Shown: positions 10,707 through 20,372 of the stretch, one piece after another | Numbering within the stretch: the stretch's first letter is position 1 | Layout of the letters: every line of letters starts with the position of its first letter | NCBI GenBank assembly: GCA_964482035.1 | Contig: CAYZVC010000004.1 | Coordinates: forward strand, 19,572 to 83,571 | DNA: 64,000 bases | Source: an uncultured Candidatus Peribacteria bacterium | GTDB taxonomy: Bacteria > Patescibacteriota > Gracilibacteria > BD1-5 > UBA2023 | Direction: 5' to 3' | Position numbers and translations under genes: made by a program | Notes under the pieces: generated by a model | The model's database searches: none | Told to the model about the DNA's origin: nothing | What the model saw: only the letters and a program-made list of their open reading frames with translations

Positions 10707-11240
10707 CTACTTTTTCGGGTAGAGGAGGATGGAGAGAGTGTTCCCTGCGCGGGTGATCTTTCCGTCCAACTTGTACACGTCGGCGAGGGAGTTGACGAAT
10801 TCCTTCATCTTGTCCATCGCGTGGGTCTCGTAGTGGTTCTCGCGTCCGCGAAGGCGGAGTTCGATTTTGAGCGGGTGGCTCGCGGCACCGAACTTAAGCG
10901 CCTGCCCTCGACGGATGTCGATATCGTGGTCGCCGATCTTGTAGGTGAGCTTGAGCGTCTTTACGTCGGCCTTCTTCGAATTGCTTCGGGCCAACGCCTG
11001 CGTCTTCTGCTGTTTGAAGAGAAACTTTCCGTAGTCCATGATCTTGGCCATGACTACGTCGTCTTTCATTCCCATCTCTACCAAGTCGAGTTCCTTGGTT
11101 TCGGCCATGGCCAAAGCTTCGGAAAGGGAAAGAATGCCGAGCGGTTCGCCTTCTTCGGAAATGACTTGAAGGCGGCTCGCGATGATGTCGGAGTTGATTC
11201 TCCGCTGTTTCTCTTTAGAAACCGGTTTGGACATCCGCAC
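10707..11240 (-). CDS. infC: translation initiation factor IF-3
   Basis: RINSDIIASRLQVISEEGEPLGI...DLVEM...MDYGKFLF; conserved infC-rpmI-rplT order; start (GTG 11240 or ATG 11234) uncertain. Confidence 0.9.
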   Translation of the reverse strand: MRMSKPVSKEKQRRINSDIIASRLQVISEEGEPLGILSLSEALAMAETKELDLVEMGMKDDVVMAKIMDYGKFLFKQQKTQALARSNSKKADVKTLKLTYKIGDHDIDIRRGQALKFGAASHPLKIELRLRGRENHYETHAMDKMKEFVNSLADVYKLDGKITRAGNTLSILLYPKK

Positions 11241-11242
11241 TG

Positions 11243-11653
11243 TTATTTGGTAGCGGCCTTCTTAGCCGGAGCCTTTTTGGCTGCCGGAGCCTTCTCGGCC
11301 TTGGGAGCGGCTTCTTTCTTCGCTGCCGGAGCCTTCTTGGCTGCCGGAGCCTTCTTTTCAGCCTTCGGCTTCGCAGCAACCGGAGCGTCGGCACCCGGAA
11401 CGGACTTTACGAGCTTAGCGAACGCGGATTTCTTGCGGGAAGCGTTGTTCGCGTGGATGATGTTCTTCTTGGCGAGGGTGTCGATGCGCGAGTAAACTTC
11501 AGAAAGAAGTTCAGCGAAATTACCGGACTTAGCGGCAACGGCGCGTTCGAGTTTCTTAACCGACTCTTTGTAAATTTCGGAGAAGTGGCGGTTGCGGGAG
11601 CGGTTCTTTTCGCTCTGCTTGAGGGCCTTCTTCGCGGATTTCGTCGTAGGCAT
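11243..11653 (-). CDS. rpsT: 30S ribosomal protein S20 with an Ala/Lys/Pro-rich C-terminal tail
   Basis: MPTTKSAKKALKQSEKNRSRNRHF... S20 core, then about 45 aa of AAKPKAEKKAPAAKKAPAAKK-type repeats. Confidence 0.9.
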   Translation of the reverse strand: MPTTKSAKKALKQSEKNRSRNRHFSEIYKESVKKLERAVAAKSGNFAELLSEVYSRIDTLAKKNIIHANNASRKKSAFAKLVKSVPGADAPVAAKPKAEKKAPAAKKAPAAKKEAAPKAEKAPAAKKAPAKKAATK

Positions 11654-11780
11654 TCCGGAACGGATGATAAAAGTACAAATTGAGAAACGCCCGGAATAAT
11701 AGACGCAAAGTCCCGGGGGCGCCTCATAAAAGTACGCGCATTCTATGGAATCCGTCTAGGGTGTCAAATCCGTTTCATCC

Positions 11781-11826
11781 ACAAAAACAAAATCCCCGGC
11801 GCCCTTTCGGGAGACGGGGATTTTTG
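11781..11826 (-). terminator. intrinsic (bidirectional) terminator
   Basis: Stem ATCCCCG / CGGGGAT flanked by an A-run and a T-run, just downstream of the surface-protein gene. Confidence 0.6.
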
Positions 11827-11839
11827 AACTCTTGGGGAA

Positions 11840-13552
11840 TTATCCGCGGAGGCCGAAGCGGCGGCGGGTAATGAAGAACCCGATACCGAGCGCGAGGGAG
11901 AGAAGCGCGAGAACCTGGGCCGGTCCGGTCTGGACCTTGGTGGCTTCGGCGTAGTCGGCGGATTCGGTAGTAGCGTCGGAACAGACGGCCTTGACGGCGA
12001 AGTCTTCGTACTTGACGGCGTCCTTGGCGAGGTGGACGGTGTAGGAGGTGACCTTCACGTTTTCCACGAGGACGTAAGCACCGGTGGAATCCTTCTTATA
12101 GACGTTGTAGCTGAGGGCTTCCGGGATGGCATCCCAGGAGAGGACGCTCTGGTCGTCGGACTTGGCGACCTTGAGGCCGGAGACGTTGGCGATGGAACAG
12201 GTTCCGGCGGAGTTGAGAGCGATGTCTGCGGTGAAGACGTCGGATTCGGTAGCGGTGATCGGGGATCCGGCTACGTCGAGTGCGGCGATCTTGAAGAAGT
12301 ACTTGCCCGGTTCGAGACCGTCGACGTACCACTTATAGGTGGAGCCGGAAGCGGAAGCGCCGGTGCCGGTGAAGGCGATTCTGGACTTTTCGAAGGTGAT
12401 GGATTCCTTGGTGAGGGCGCCGGAGTCGGTGCCGTAGGAGAACTTGAACTTGGAGACGGATTCTACCGGGTTCACGACGTCGAAGGTGAAGGTGACGCGC
12501 TTGTCGCCGGATTCGATCTTCACGTTTTCGTACGCCATCTTCGGAGCTTCGAGGACGGTAATGGTTTCCGCGGCGGTCTTGACGGTCTTCTTTCCGAGGT
12601 CGGACGTGAGGGTCACGTCGATCGGGTAGGAACCGGAAGCGGTAGGAGCGGTGAGGGTGCCTACGTAGACGCCTTCGGAGGTTCCGCCGACGGTTACGTT
12701 ACCGGCGGTGACGCCGGAGGTCTGTTCTTTGAAGACTTCCACGCTGTCGCCGAGGGAAACGGAAACTTCCTTGAGCTTCGGTTCTGCGGTGACGGTGACG
12801 TTGAGGACGGCTCCGGACTTGACGGTCTTGCCTTCCTTCACGGTGATCGACTTGAACGCCGGGCCCTTGTCGGCAGCGGCCTTGAAGGAGATCTTTCCGG
12901 AGGTTCCGGCTTCCTTGTCGGAACCGTCGAGGACCTTGATTTCGAGAACGTTGTTTTCTTCGGTGATGCCCTTGAGCTTGTAGAGGATGGCGCCCTGGTC
13001 GTCGGACTGGCCTTCGCCGGTCTTGGTGCCGTTGAGGTAGACCTGGAACTTGGAGTTCTTCTTGGTGGTACCCACGACGTCGGTTTCGGCGCCCGAGATG
13101 GTGCTGCCGGATTCCGGTGCGGTGACGGTGACGGCTTCCTTGCCGGAAACGCCCGGTCCTACGTCGCCTTCGGTGACGTTGACCTTTGCGGTGCCTTCGA
13201 CCTTGTCGTCGTCGATGTCGATGACGGAGACGGTCATGTTACCAACCTTGGAGAATGCGAGACCCTTCGAGAAGGTCTTGGCGCCCTGGTCTGCGGCAAC
13301 GAAGGTGTAGCCTTCGGCGTACGGGAGGGTGGCCTTGGAGTCGTTGTCGACGGTGACGTAGACGGTGCCGGCGTAGTCGGCGACGTTGCCTCCGTCCTTA
13401 TCGAGGGCCTTGACGGTGAGGTCGAGAGCCTCGCCGACCTTGGCGGACTGGTTTACGGTAAGCGAGAACTTCGCAACCTTTCCTGCAGCGAACACGGCCG
13501 GGTGAGGAAGGAGGAAGGCGAGGGAGAGGAGGGCGGCAAAAAGACGTTTCAT
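11840..13552 (-). CDS. secreted cell-surface protein with Ig-like/FN3-like repeats and a C-terminal anchor signal
   Basis: Signal peptide MKRLFAALLSLAFLLPHPAVFA; beta-rich T/V/G/K repeats; FN3-like LSWDAIPEALSYNVYKK; C-terminus QTGPAQVLALLSLALGIGFFITRRRFGLRG (helix plus Arg cluster); no TGA. Confidence 0.8.
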   Translation of the reverse strand: MKRLFAALLSLAFLLPHPAVFAAGKVAKFSLTVNQSAKVGEALDLTVKALDKDGGNVADYAGTVYVTVDNDSKATLPYAEGYTFVAADQGAKTFSKGLAFSKVGNMTVSVIDIDDDKVEGTAKVNVTEGDVGPGVSGKEAVTVTAPESGSTISGAETDVVGTTKKNSKFQVYLNGTKTGEGQSDDQGAILYKLKGITEENNVLEIKVLDGSDKEAGTSGKISFKAAADKGPAFKSITVKEGKTVKSGAVLNVTVTAEPKLKEVSVSLGDSVEVFKEQTSGVTAGNVTVGGTSEGVYVGTLTAPTASGSYPIDVTLTSDLGKKTVKTAAETITVLEAPKMAYENVKIESGDKRVTFTFDVVNPVESVSKFKFSYGTDSGALTKESITFEKSRIAFTGTGASASGSTYKWYVDGLEPGKYFFKIAALDVAGSPITATESDVFTADIALNSAGTCSIANVSGLKVAKSDDQSVLSWDAIPEALSYNVYKKDSTGAYVLVENVKVTSYTVHLAKDAVKYEDFAVKAVCSDATTESADYAEATKVQTGPAQVLALLSLALGIGFFITRRRFGLRG

Positions 13553-13669
13553 ATGAGTGGTCCCTGGTATAAATAAGGTATTTTCGTCCTATACGTCCCG
13601 ATATTATCGGAAAAACCCGCCTTTGAAAAAGGATTGCCCTTTACAAATGGCAATTGTATTTCGTAAGTA

Positions 13670-14779
13670 TTAATCCGACTCAAACCCTGCCGAATAGGCA
13701 AAGGAAAATCGCCCCATCGAGAATCTATTTACGACCTCATCGGAGACATTTTGTCAAGCAATGATGAAATCTTTGTCGGCAACGCGTTTCAACACAAGAT
13801 CGGAGCGGTGCGGGTCGAGTTCGGAGAAAAGGTCGTCGAACAAGAGCACGAGCGGCTTACCGCCCTTTTCGATGAGAAAATCCGCGGCGATGAGCTTGAG
13901 GGCGTAGAGCAGGGATTTGTTCTCCCCTCTCGACAGGTAGTCTTCCGACCGGATCTCGCCGGAAGGCAGTACGACCGTAAGTCCGAAGTCGTCCAAGTGC
14001 GGGCCGACGTAGGTATGGCCGAGCACCACGTCGCGGTCGCGGTTTTTGGCGAGGTAGGCGGAAATGCTGCCTTCGACATCGGCTTCGTCGGTTTTGGTCT
14101 GGTAAACGAAGCGGACTTCGTATTTGCCGTCGAGGAGCGAGGAGATGTCGGAAGAGCGCGAGCGCACGTATTCGACGAAGCGCATCCTATAGCGGAAATA
14201 TTCGGCGGCTTTGGCGGTGAAAAGCGGATCCCATACGGAAAGATCGCCGGCCTTGGCCTCCCCTTCAGAAATCTTCTTGAGCAGGGCGTTGCGGTTCTTG
14301 AGGGCGGCGGAATAGTCTTTTTTCACTTTGGCGAACTCCGGAAACGCGAGGGAAACCGGCTCGTCTAAAAAGTCGCGGCGGAGCGAAGGGCCGAGATAGA
14401 GCACGTTCATCTCTATGGGCGAAAAGAGCATCGCCCGGACGGGAAGCTTGGAAAGGTAGTTCGCGCGCGAGACGTTTTCGCCCTGGATGGCGAACGAGAC
14501 GGCCTTCTTCTCGGTATCGCAGGAAATGCGGAACTCGTATTCGAGACCGGCGGGGTTTTCGAGCTTGGCGCGTACGAAAAACGCGCCCTCGAAACCGGCG
14601 GCGAGCTCGGTGGCGCGCTTGCCGGGCGGGAGGGCGCCGTTCAAAGCGAAATAGGCGGCTTCGAGAAAATTGGTTTTTCACGAACCGTTGGGACCGCAAA
14701 CGGCGGTCCGCCCGTGGAGGGGAACCGCCGTTTCGGAGTGGTTTTTAAACCGGTAGCAGGCGATCTCTTTGACCCGCAT
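13670..14779 (-). CDS. recF: DNA replication and repair protein RecF
   Basis: MRVKEIACYRFKNH...VCGPNGS-G-KTNFLEA with the Walker A Gly encoded by TGA 14678-14680; second TGA at 13754-13756, then 27 more codons to TAA 13670-13672; ATG overlaps the gatC stop (TAATG). Confidence 0.85.
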
Positions 14780-15075
14780 TACCCCATGATGTTAGGGATG
14801 GCAATCTGGTCGGCCACCACGCGCTGCGGCGAGCGGGAGAGAAGCTCTTTGCGGGTGGGGTCTTTCTTTTCCTTGACCACGTCCTCGCGGAGCGGAAGCA
14901 CCGAAGGGAACGTGGGTTCGATGCCGGCGAGCGATTCGGCGGGCACCGAGGCGAGCACCTCGACGTAGTCGACCACCGAGGAAAGGTTGGTGCGGTACTT
15001 TTCGAGCTCTTCGGCCGACGGCGACAGGCGCGAGAGTCGGGCGATGTGGGCGATTTGTTCTTGCGTGAGGGACAT
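14779..15075 (-). CDS. gatC: Asp/Glu-tRNA amidotransferase subunit C
   Basis: MSLTQEQIAHIARLSRLSPSAEELEKY...PLREDV, 98 aa. Confidence 0.9.
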   Translation of the reverse strand: MSLTQEQIAHIARLSRLSPSAEELEKYRTNLSSVVDYVEVLASVPAESLAGIEPTFPSVLPLREDVVKEKKDPTRKELLSRSPQRVVADQIAIPNIMG

Positions 15076-15083
15076 TTTTCGGT

Positions 15084-15482
15084 ATGCTTCAGGACAATTT
15101 AGAGCCCGAACATCCTATCGGTTCGATGGAAAAAATCAACGCGAACCTCCTCGCCAAAATCCGCACCGCCGCATTTCCGGACGAGCTCTCCGCCGTTGCC
15201 GTGCGCCTTTCCGTCGCGAAAAACGTTTTCATCGTTTCCGCGAGCCTGTATTTTTCGTTCTACCTGTTCGCCGTCGGCGGGTTCGAACCGTCGATCACCG
15301 GCCCCATCGCCTACCTCACCTATCCGGCCTTCCTCTTGGCCACCTACGCGTTCGCTTACGAACTCGTGAACTACGGCGTGAAAGTCTACGCCGAGAACAT
15401 GGGATTCCTCCGCTACATCGCCCTGGGCGTTTGCGGTTCGATGTTCGTCTTTGGTACCGTAGTTCATTTCTGGCCGTCCTAA
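15084..15482 (+). CDS. hypothetical membrane protein
   Basis: Intact 132-aa ORF with 3-4 hydrophobic helices; start uncertain. Confidence 0.55.
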   Translation: MLQDNLEPEHPIGSMEKINANLLAKIRTAAFPDELSAVAVRLSVAKNVFIVSASLYFSFYLFAVGGFEPSITGPIAYLTYPAFLLATYAFAYELVNYGVKVYAENMGFLRYIALGVCGSMFVFGTVVHFWPS

Positions 15483-15493
15483 TCCGCACTCCC

Positions 15494-16066
15494 ATGAAAA
15501 AATCCCGTCTCCTCGCATTGGCCGCCATCGCCGCGGCGCCGTTGTTCTTCGCTTCTTGCGGCAGCACCTCGACCGACACCGCGTCGCTCACCACTTTCAA
15601 GGGCGAAGGGTTCTCCATCGACGTTCCCAAGAGCTGGATCGCCAAGGAATCGAAAGACATCCCCACCCCGAAGAACGGTTCGGTAGCGCTCGCCATGACC
15701 TCGGCGGACATTTCGTCGGGCTTCGCGAACAACATCCTCATTCTCAAAGACACGCTCAATGCCGCCGAAAACGGCGAAAAGATGACCTCGAAGAAGTACT
15801 CGGTAGTCAACCAGGCGCTCACTACCGGAAAGTACGAGGAATATACCAAGATCGACGAGAAGGAAATCACCTACCCCGACGCCGACGTCTCCAACCTCTA
15901 CGTCTTCGAAGCCAAGTACAACCGCGACACCCCCAAGAAGCGTTTCGTGCAGACCGCCAAGATCTGCGACAACAAGGTCTACCTCGTCACCATCGGCATC
16001 GAACTCAACTCGGGTTCGACCTCGAAGTACGAGAACCTCGCCAAGAGCTTCCAGTGCGCTAAGTAG
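15494..16066 (+). CDS. lipoprotein, function unknown
   Basis: MKKSRLLALAAIAAAPLFFAS-C-GS lipobox; hydrophilic mature part; TAG stop. Confidence 0.75.
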   Translation: MKKSRLLALAAIAAAPLFFASCGSTSTDTASLTTFKGEGFSIDVPKSWIAKESKDIPTPKNGSVALAMTSADISSGFANNILILKDTLNAAENGEKMTSKKYSVVNQALTTGKYEEYTKIDEKEITYPDADVSNLYVFEAKYNRDTPKKRFVQTAKICDNKVYLVTIGIELNSGSTSKYENLAKSFQCAK

Positions 16067-16121
16067 CCAAAATCGCTTGATATCCGGGGATTTTCCCTAT
16101 AATGGCCGGGCTAATCCGCCT

Positions 16122-16195
16122 GGCGCCCTGGTAGAGCGGTTATACAGCGGCCTGCAAAGCCGTGGAGAGCGGTTCGACTCCGCTGGGTGCCTCCA
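16122..16195 (+). tRNA. tRNA-Cys (anticodon GCA), CCA encoded
   Basis: Acceptor GGCGCCC/GGGTGCC, anticodon arm GCGGC-CTGCAAA-GCCGT, T arm AGCGG-TTCGACT-CCGCT, discriminator U73 (Cys identity element), then CCA. Confidence 0.85.
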
Positions 16196-16206
16196 AACTG
16201 ATTCTG

Positions 16207-16238
16207 AAAACCTCCTCGTGTAAACGGGGAGGTTTTTC
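16207..16238 (+). terminator. intrinsic terminator after tRNA-Cys
   Basis: AACCTCC...GGAGGTT stem followed by TTTTT. Confidence 0.6.
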
Positions 16239-16583
16239 TGAAGCAGAATTCGGGATTCCCGATGGAGTCGAATAGAGGGTCGAGCGAGCCATGGATAGGC
16301 TTCTTGCGTACTGGGAATGGGTTGGCGAGCGAAGAGGGCGTGCCTAGTATGGCACGCCCGACCCGGCCCGTCTCCCGGAGCGGAGCCGGCAGGTGGAGCG
16401 TGAGGGAACGATGACTGGAGCCCATGTCGGATATACGAAAGAAAATCTAAGAAATACTCATGAAAAACAATTTTGATGCGAGCTCGGATAAGGTATACTC
16501 CGTCCGCTTTGCATAAAGGAGAAAGGCTATTCCCGCTTCGTATGAAATCTGGGAATGTCCTGTCGCAATTCTTTCAAATTTCC

Positions 16584-18926
16584 ATGGACAAAAGAAATCT
16601 CTCGGAATCCGACATTTGCTCAAAATTCATCACGCCGGCCCTTCATGAAGCCTCTTGGCAAGAATCCCAGATTCGCCGGGAGGTTTCTTTTACGAAAGGG
16701 CGGATTAAAGTGAAATGAAAAACCGTTTCTCGCGGGGAGACAAAGCGCGCGGATTACATCCTGCACCATGCGAACCATCTCCCGATAGCCATCGTAGAAG
16801 CCAAAGACAACTGCCATTCCATCGGGGACGGTATGCAACAGGCTCTCGGTTATGCAGAAACGCTCGACATTCCGTTCGTGTATTCATCAAACGGCGACGG
16901 CTTCCTTGAGCACGATAGGACGAAAAAAACCTGAACGGTCGAACGGGAACTTCGCATGGACGAATTCCCCACTCCCGACGAGCTGTACCGCCGTTACCGG
17001 GTCGCCAAGGGGTTCGATGAAGAAATCGAAAAAACGGTAATGGAGCCGTATTACGAGGACGTTAGCGGAAAGGGTCCGCGCTATTATCAGCAAATCGCCA
17101 TCAACAGAACAATCGAAGCAGTCGCGAAAGAACAGGATCGTATCCTCCTCGTCATGGCGACCGGTACTGGAAAAACGTACACCGCTTTCCAAATCATCTG
17201 GCGTCTCTAGAAAGCGCGCAAGAAAAAACGAATCCTCTTCCTTGCGGACAGGAACATCCTCGTCGACCAGACGATTACGAACGATTTTAAACCGTTCGGC
17301 GATAAAATGGCTAAGATCGAGAACCGCAAAGTAGATACTTCGTACGAAATCTACCTCGCCCTCTACCAAGGCCTCACCGGCGGTGAAGAGGACAAGAACG
17401 TCTTCAAACAGTTCTCGCCGGGCTTTTTCGACCTCATCGTCATCGACGAGTGCCACAGGGGCAGCGCGAGGGAAAACAGCGAATGGCGGGCCATTCTCGA
17501 CTATTTCAAAGGCGCTACACAAATCGGTCTTACCGCGACCCCGAAAGAGACTGAAGACGTATCGACGCATACGTATTTTGGAGACCCTATTTATACATAT
17601 TCGCTCAAACAGGGCATAGAAGACGGTTTTCTTGCACCGTACAAAGTGGTTCGCGTCTGAATGGATGTGGACGAAGGCTGGAGACCTTACAAAGGGCAGC
17701 TCGATTATTACGGCGCCGAGATTCCGGACAAAGTATACGAGCTTGGGGATTTCGACCGGAACATCGTCATCCGGGAGCGTACCGAAGCCGTTGCCAAGAA
17801 AATCAGCGAGTATCTCAAAGCGACAGACCGATATTCAAAAACCATCGTCTTTTGCGTGGATATCGACCATGCCGAACGTATGCGCCAAGCCCTCGTGAAC
17901 GAAAACGCGGACGAGGTCGCGAAGAATCCGAAATACGTAATGCGCATCACGGGCGATAACGAAGAAGGCAAAATGGAGCTCGACAATTTCATCGATCCGA
18001 AAGAACGATACCCCGTCATCGCCACGACCTCGAAACTCCTCACCACCTGAGTGGACGCGCAGACGTGCCGGGTTATCGCCCTCGATGCCATCATCAACTC
18101 GATGACGGAATTCAAGCAGATCATCGGTCGCGGAACCCGCATCAACGAAACCTACGGCAAATACTACTTCACCATCCTCGACTTCCGTAAGGCGACGAAC
18201 AAGTTCGCGGATCCAGATTTCGACGGCGAACCCGTCGTAATCTACAAACCCAAACCCGACGAACCGGTCGACGGCGGCGATGTCTGAACCGTTTGAGACG
18301 AAGACGATGGAAACGGCGGATGAACCGTAATCATCGGGGACGGTACGGGAGGATGAGCCGGTGGAGGACAGAAGAAGATCATGGTCCGCTGAGTGCCCGT
18401 GAGTGTTTCCCAGGAACGGGTCCAATACATCGGACCGGACGGCAAACTCATTACCGAGAGTCTCAAGGACTACTCGAAAAAGAACATCCTCTCGGCATAT
18501 GCGAGCCTAGACGATTTCCTGAACGAATGGAACCACGTCGAACAGAAGCTCGCCGTAGTATCCGCATTGGAAGAAAAGGGCGTATTCTTCGAGGACATGC
18601 AAAAGGAAGTCGGACAAGATTACGATCCGTTCGACATGGTGTGCCACCTGGCGTACGACCGTCCGCCGCTCACTCGCAAACAACGGGCGGACAAAGCGAA
18701 AAAATCCGACTATTTCTCCAAATACGGGGAACAGGCGAAAGAAGTGTTGAACATGCTTCTCGAAACATATGCGGACCGTTGAATCGGTGCGATAGAAGAC
18801 ATGGGCATTCTCACCGTCAGTCCGCTCTCGCGCCTTGGAAAACCCGTAGAAATCGTCACGCTTTTCGGAGGAAAGGCCCAATACAAGGCAGCACTTAGAG
18901 AGCTCGAAGCCGCTATTTACCAATAA
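16584..18926 (+). CDS. hsdR: type I restriction enzyme R subunit (HsdR), carrying one in-frame TAG (possible pseudogene)
   Basis: Pieces 16473-16718, 16956-17210, 17307-17660, 17661-18050, 18051-18287 and 18393-18782 are all in one frame; PD-(D/E)x[29 protein letters not shown] (TGA), EcoEI-R-like C-terminus; about 10 TGA=Gly; TAG at 17208-17210 in [20 protein letters not shown]. Confidence 0.85.
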
Positions 18927-18943
18927 GAAATCCTAAAGGAACC

Positions 18944-20371
18944 ATGTCTAATATTTCCGCGATCGTAAAATCCATTCAAGACACTATGCGCAAGGATGCC
19001 GGGGTCGACGGCGACGCCCAGCGCATCGGCCAAGTATCTTGGATGCTCTTTTTGAAAATTCTCGACGATCAAGATCGTAACCTCGAAGTCATTCTCGACG
19101 ACTACGTTTCCCCCGTGCCCGAGGATTGCCGTTGGGGCAATTGGGCAGCCAACAAAGAAGGGATGACGGGTGACGAGCTCGTGGAATTCGTTAACGAAAC
19201 CCTCTTCAAGAAACTCCGCAGCCTCCCTTATGACGCGAATCGTCCGATGACCGGGATTATCCGCGGCGTTTTTGAGGACTCGTTCAATTATATGAAATCG
19301 GGAACGCTCCTTAGGCAGGTAATCAATAAGATCGGCGAAATCGACTTCAGCAAGAAAACCGAACTCCACGTCTTCAACGACATCTACGAAAAAATCCTGA
19401 GCGATCTCCAATCCGCGGGGAACGCCGGGGAATACTACACCCCCCGTTCGGTTACTCAGTTTTTAGTAGACATGGCGGATCCGAAACTCGGCGAGACCGT
19501 TCTTGACCCTTCCTGCGGCACGGGCGGCTTTCTTACTTGCGCCATCGAGCATATCCGCAAGAACGGCGTACATGAACGCAAGGACGAAGAAACTCTTCAA
19601 AAATCCATCCGCGGAATAGAACTCAAACAGCTTCCGCACCTTCTCGCAACGACCAATCTCATTCTCCACGGTATCGAATGCCCCTCGGGACTCCGTCACG
19701 ACGACACACTTTCGCGTCCGCTCAAAGACTACGGCCCCGAAGATGCGGTAGACGTAATCGTCACGAATCCGCCCTTTGGCGGACAGGTAAAACCCGGCAT
19801 CATTCACAACTTTCCAAGTCAGTTCCAGACTGCGGAAACGTCGTTTTTATTCATGGTGCTCATCATCAATCTGCTTAAATCCGGAGGACGTGCCGGTGTG
19901 GTATTGCCGGATGGCTTCCTCTTCGGCGAAGGCGTGGCCACCCGCATCAAGGAAAAACTCCTTTCCGACTGCAACCTCCATACCGTCGTCCGCTTGCCGA
20001 ACGGGGTATTCAACCCGTATACCGGCATCACGACCAACCTCCTCTTCTTCACGAAAGGCGAACCGACGAAGGAAGTCTGGTATTTCGACCACCCGCTTCC
20101 GGCGGGTATCAAGAATTACAGCCGATCGAACCCGCTCCGTATCGAGGAATTCGATTTGGAAAAATCCTGGTGGAACGACCGGAAGGAAACCGGAAACGCC
20201 TGGAAGGTCGGCATCGACGAAATCAAGGCGAGAGATTACAATCTCGACATTAAGAACCCGAATCGGAAGGAAGAGAAAGAAATCTTGGATACGAAAGAAC
20301 TCATCGACGCTATCGAGGCGAATTTCAAGGAAGCGGCGGCAATTTTGGAGAAAATTAAGACGAGCGTGTAA
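18944..20371 (+). CDS. hsdM: type I R-M N6-adenine DNA methyltransferase subunit M
   Basis: Intact 475-aa ORF; GEYYTPR, DPSCGTGGFL, NPPFGG motifs; no TGA. Confidence 0.95.
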   Translation: MSNISAIVKSIQDTMRKDAGVDGDAQRIGQVSWMLFLKILDDQDRNLEVILDDYVSPVPEDCRWGNWAANKEGMTGDELVEFVNETLFKKLRSLPYDANRPMTGIIRGVFEDSFNYMKSGTLLRQVINKIGEIDFSKKTELHVFNDIYEKILSDLQSAGNAGEYYTPRSVTQFLVDMADPKLGETVLDPSCGTGGFLTCAIEHIRKNGVHERKDEETLQKSIRGIELKQLPHLLATTNLILHGIECPSGLRHDDTLSRPLKDYGPEDAVDVIVTNPPFGGQVKPGIIHNFPSQFQTAETSFLFMVLIINLLKSGGRAGVVLPDGFLFGEGVATRIKEKLLSDCNLHTVVRLPNGVFNPYTGITTNLLFFTKGEPTKEVWYFDHPLPAGIKNYSRSNPLRIEEFDLEKSWWNDRKETGNAWKVGIDEIKARDYNLDIKNPNRKEEKEILDTKELIDAIEANFKEAAAILEKIKTSV

Positions 20372-20372
20372 T

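Noticed and set aside
12032-13576. 514-aa plus-strand ORF
   Set aside because: It is antisense to the surface-protein gene, which has a signal peptide, repeats and a C-terminal anchor. The product is Gly/Asp/Val-rich low complexity.
16240-16583. GC-rich structured stretch after tRNA-Cys (hairpin GGGCGTGCC-TAGTAT-GGCACGCCC; GGAGTCGAA reminiscent of a tmRNA 5' end), considered as tmRNA, another ncRNA or an att site
   Set aside because: It has no tRNA-like 3' end with CCA, no resume codon/tag ORF, and no RNase P, SRP or 6S core motifs that I can recognise. I also found no repeat of the tRNA 3' end. It is left unannotated.
17208-17210. The idea that TAG is also reassigned (a second recoded stop)
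   Set aside because: TAG sits at the natural ends of several well-defined genes (ymdB, bcp, infC, the PAP2 gene, pilin-1, the lipoprotein and the ADH), with non-coding or antisense sequence after it. The single internal TAG in hsdR is better explained as a TGG to TAG nonsense change.
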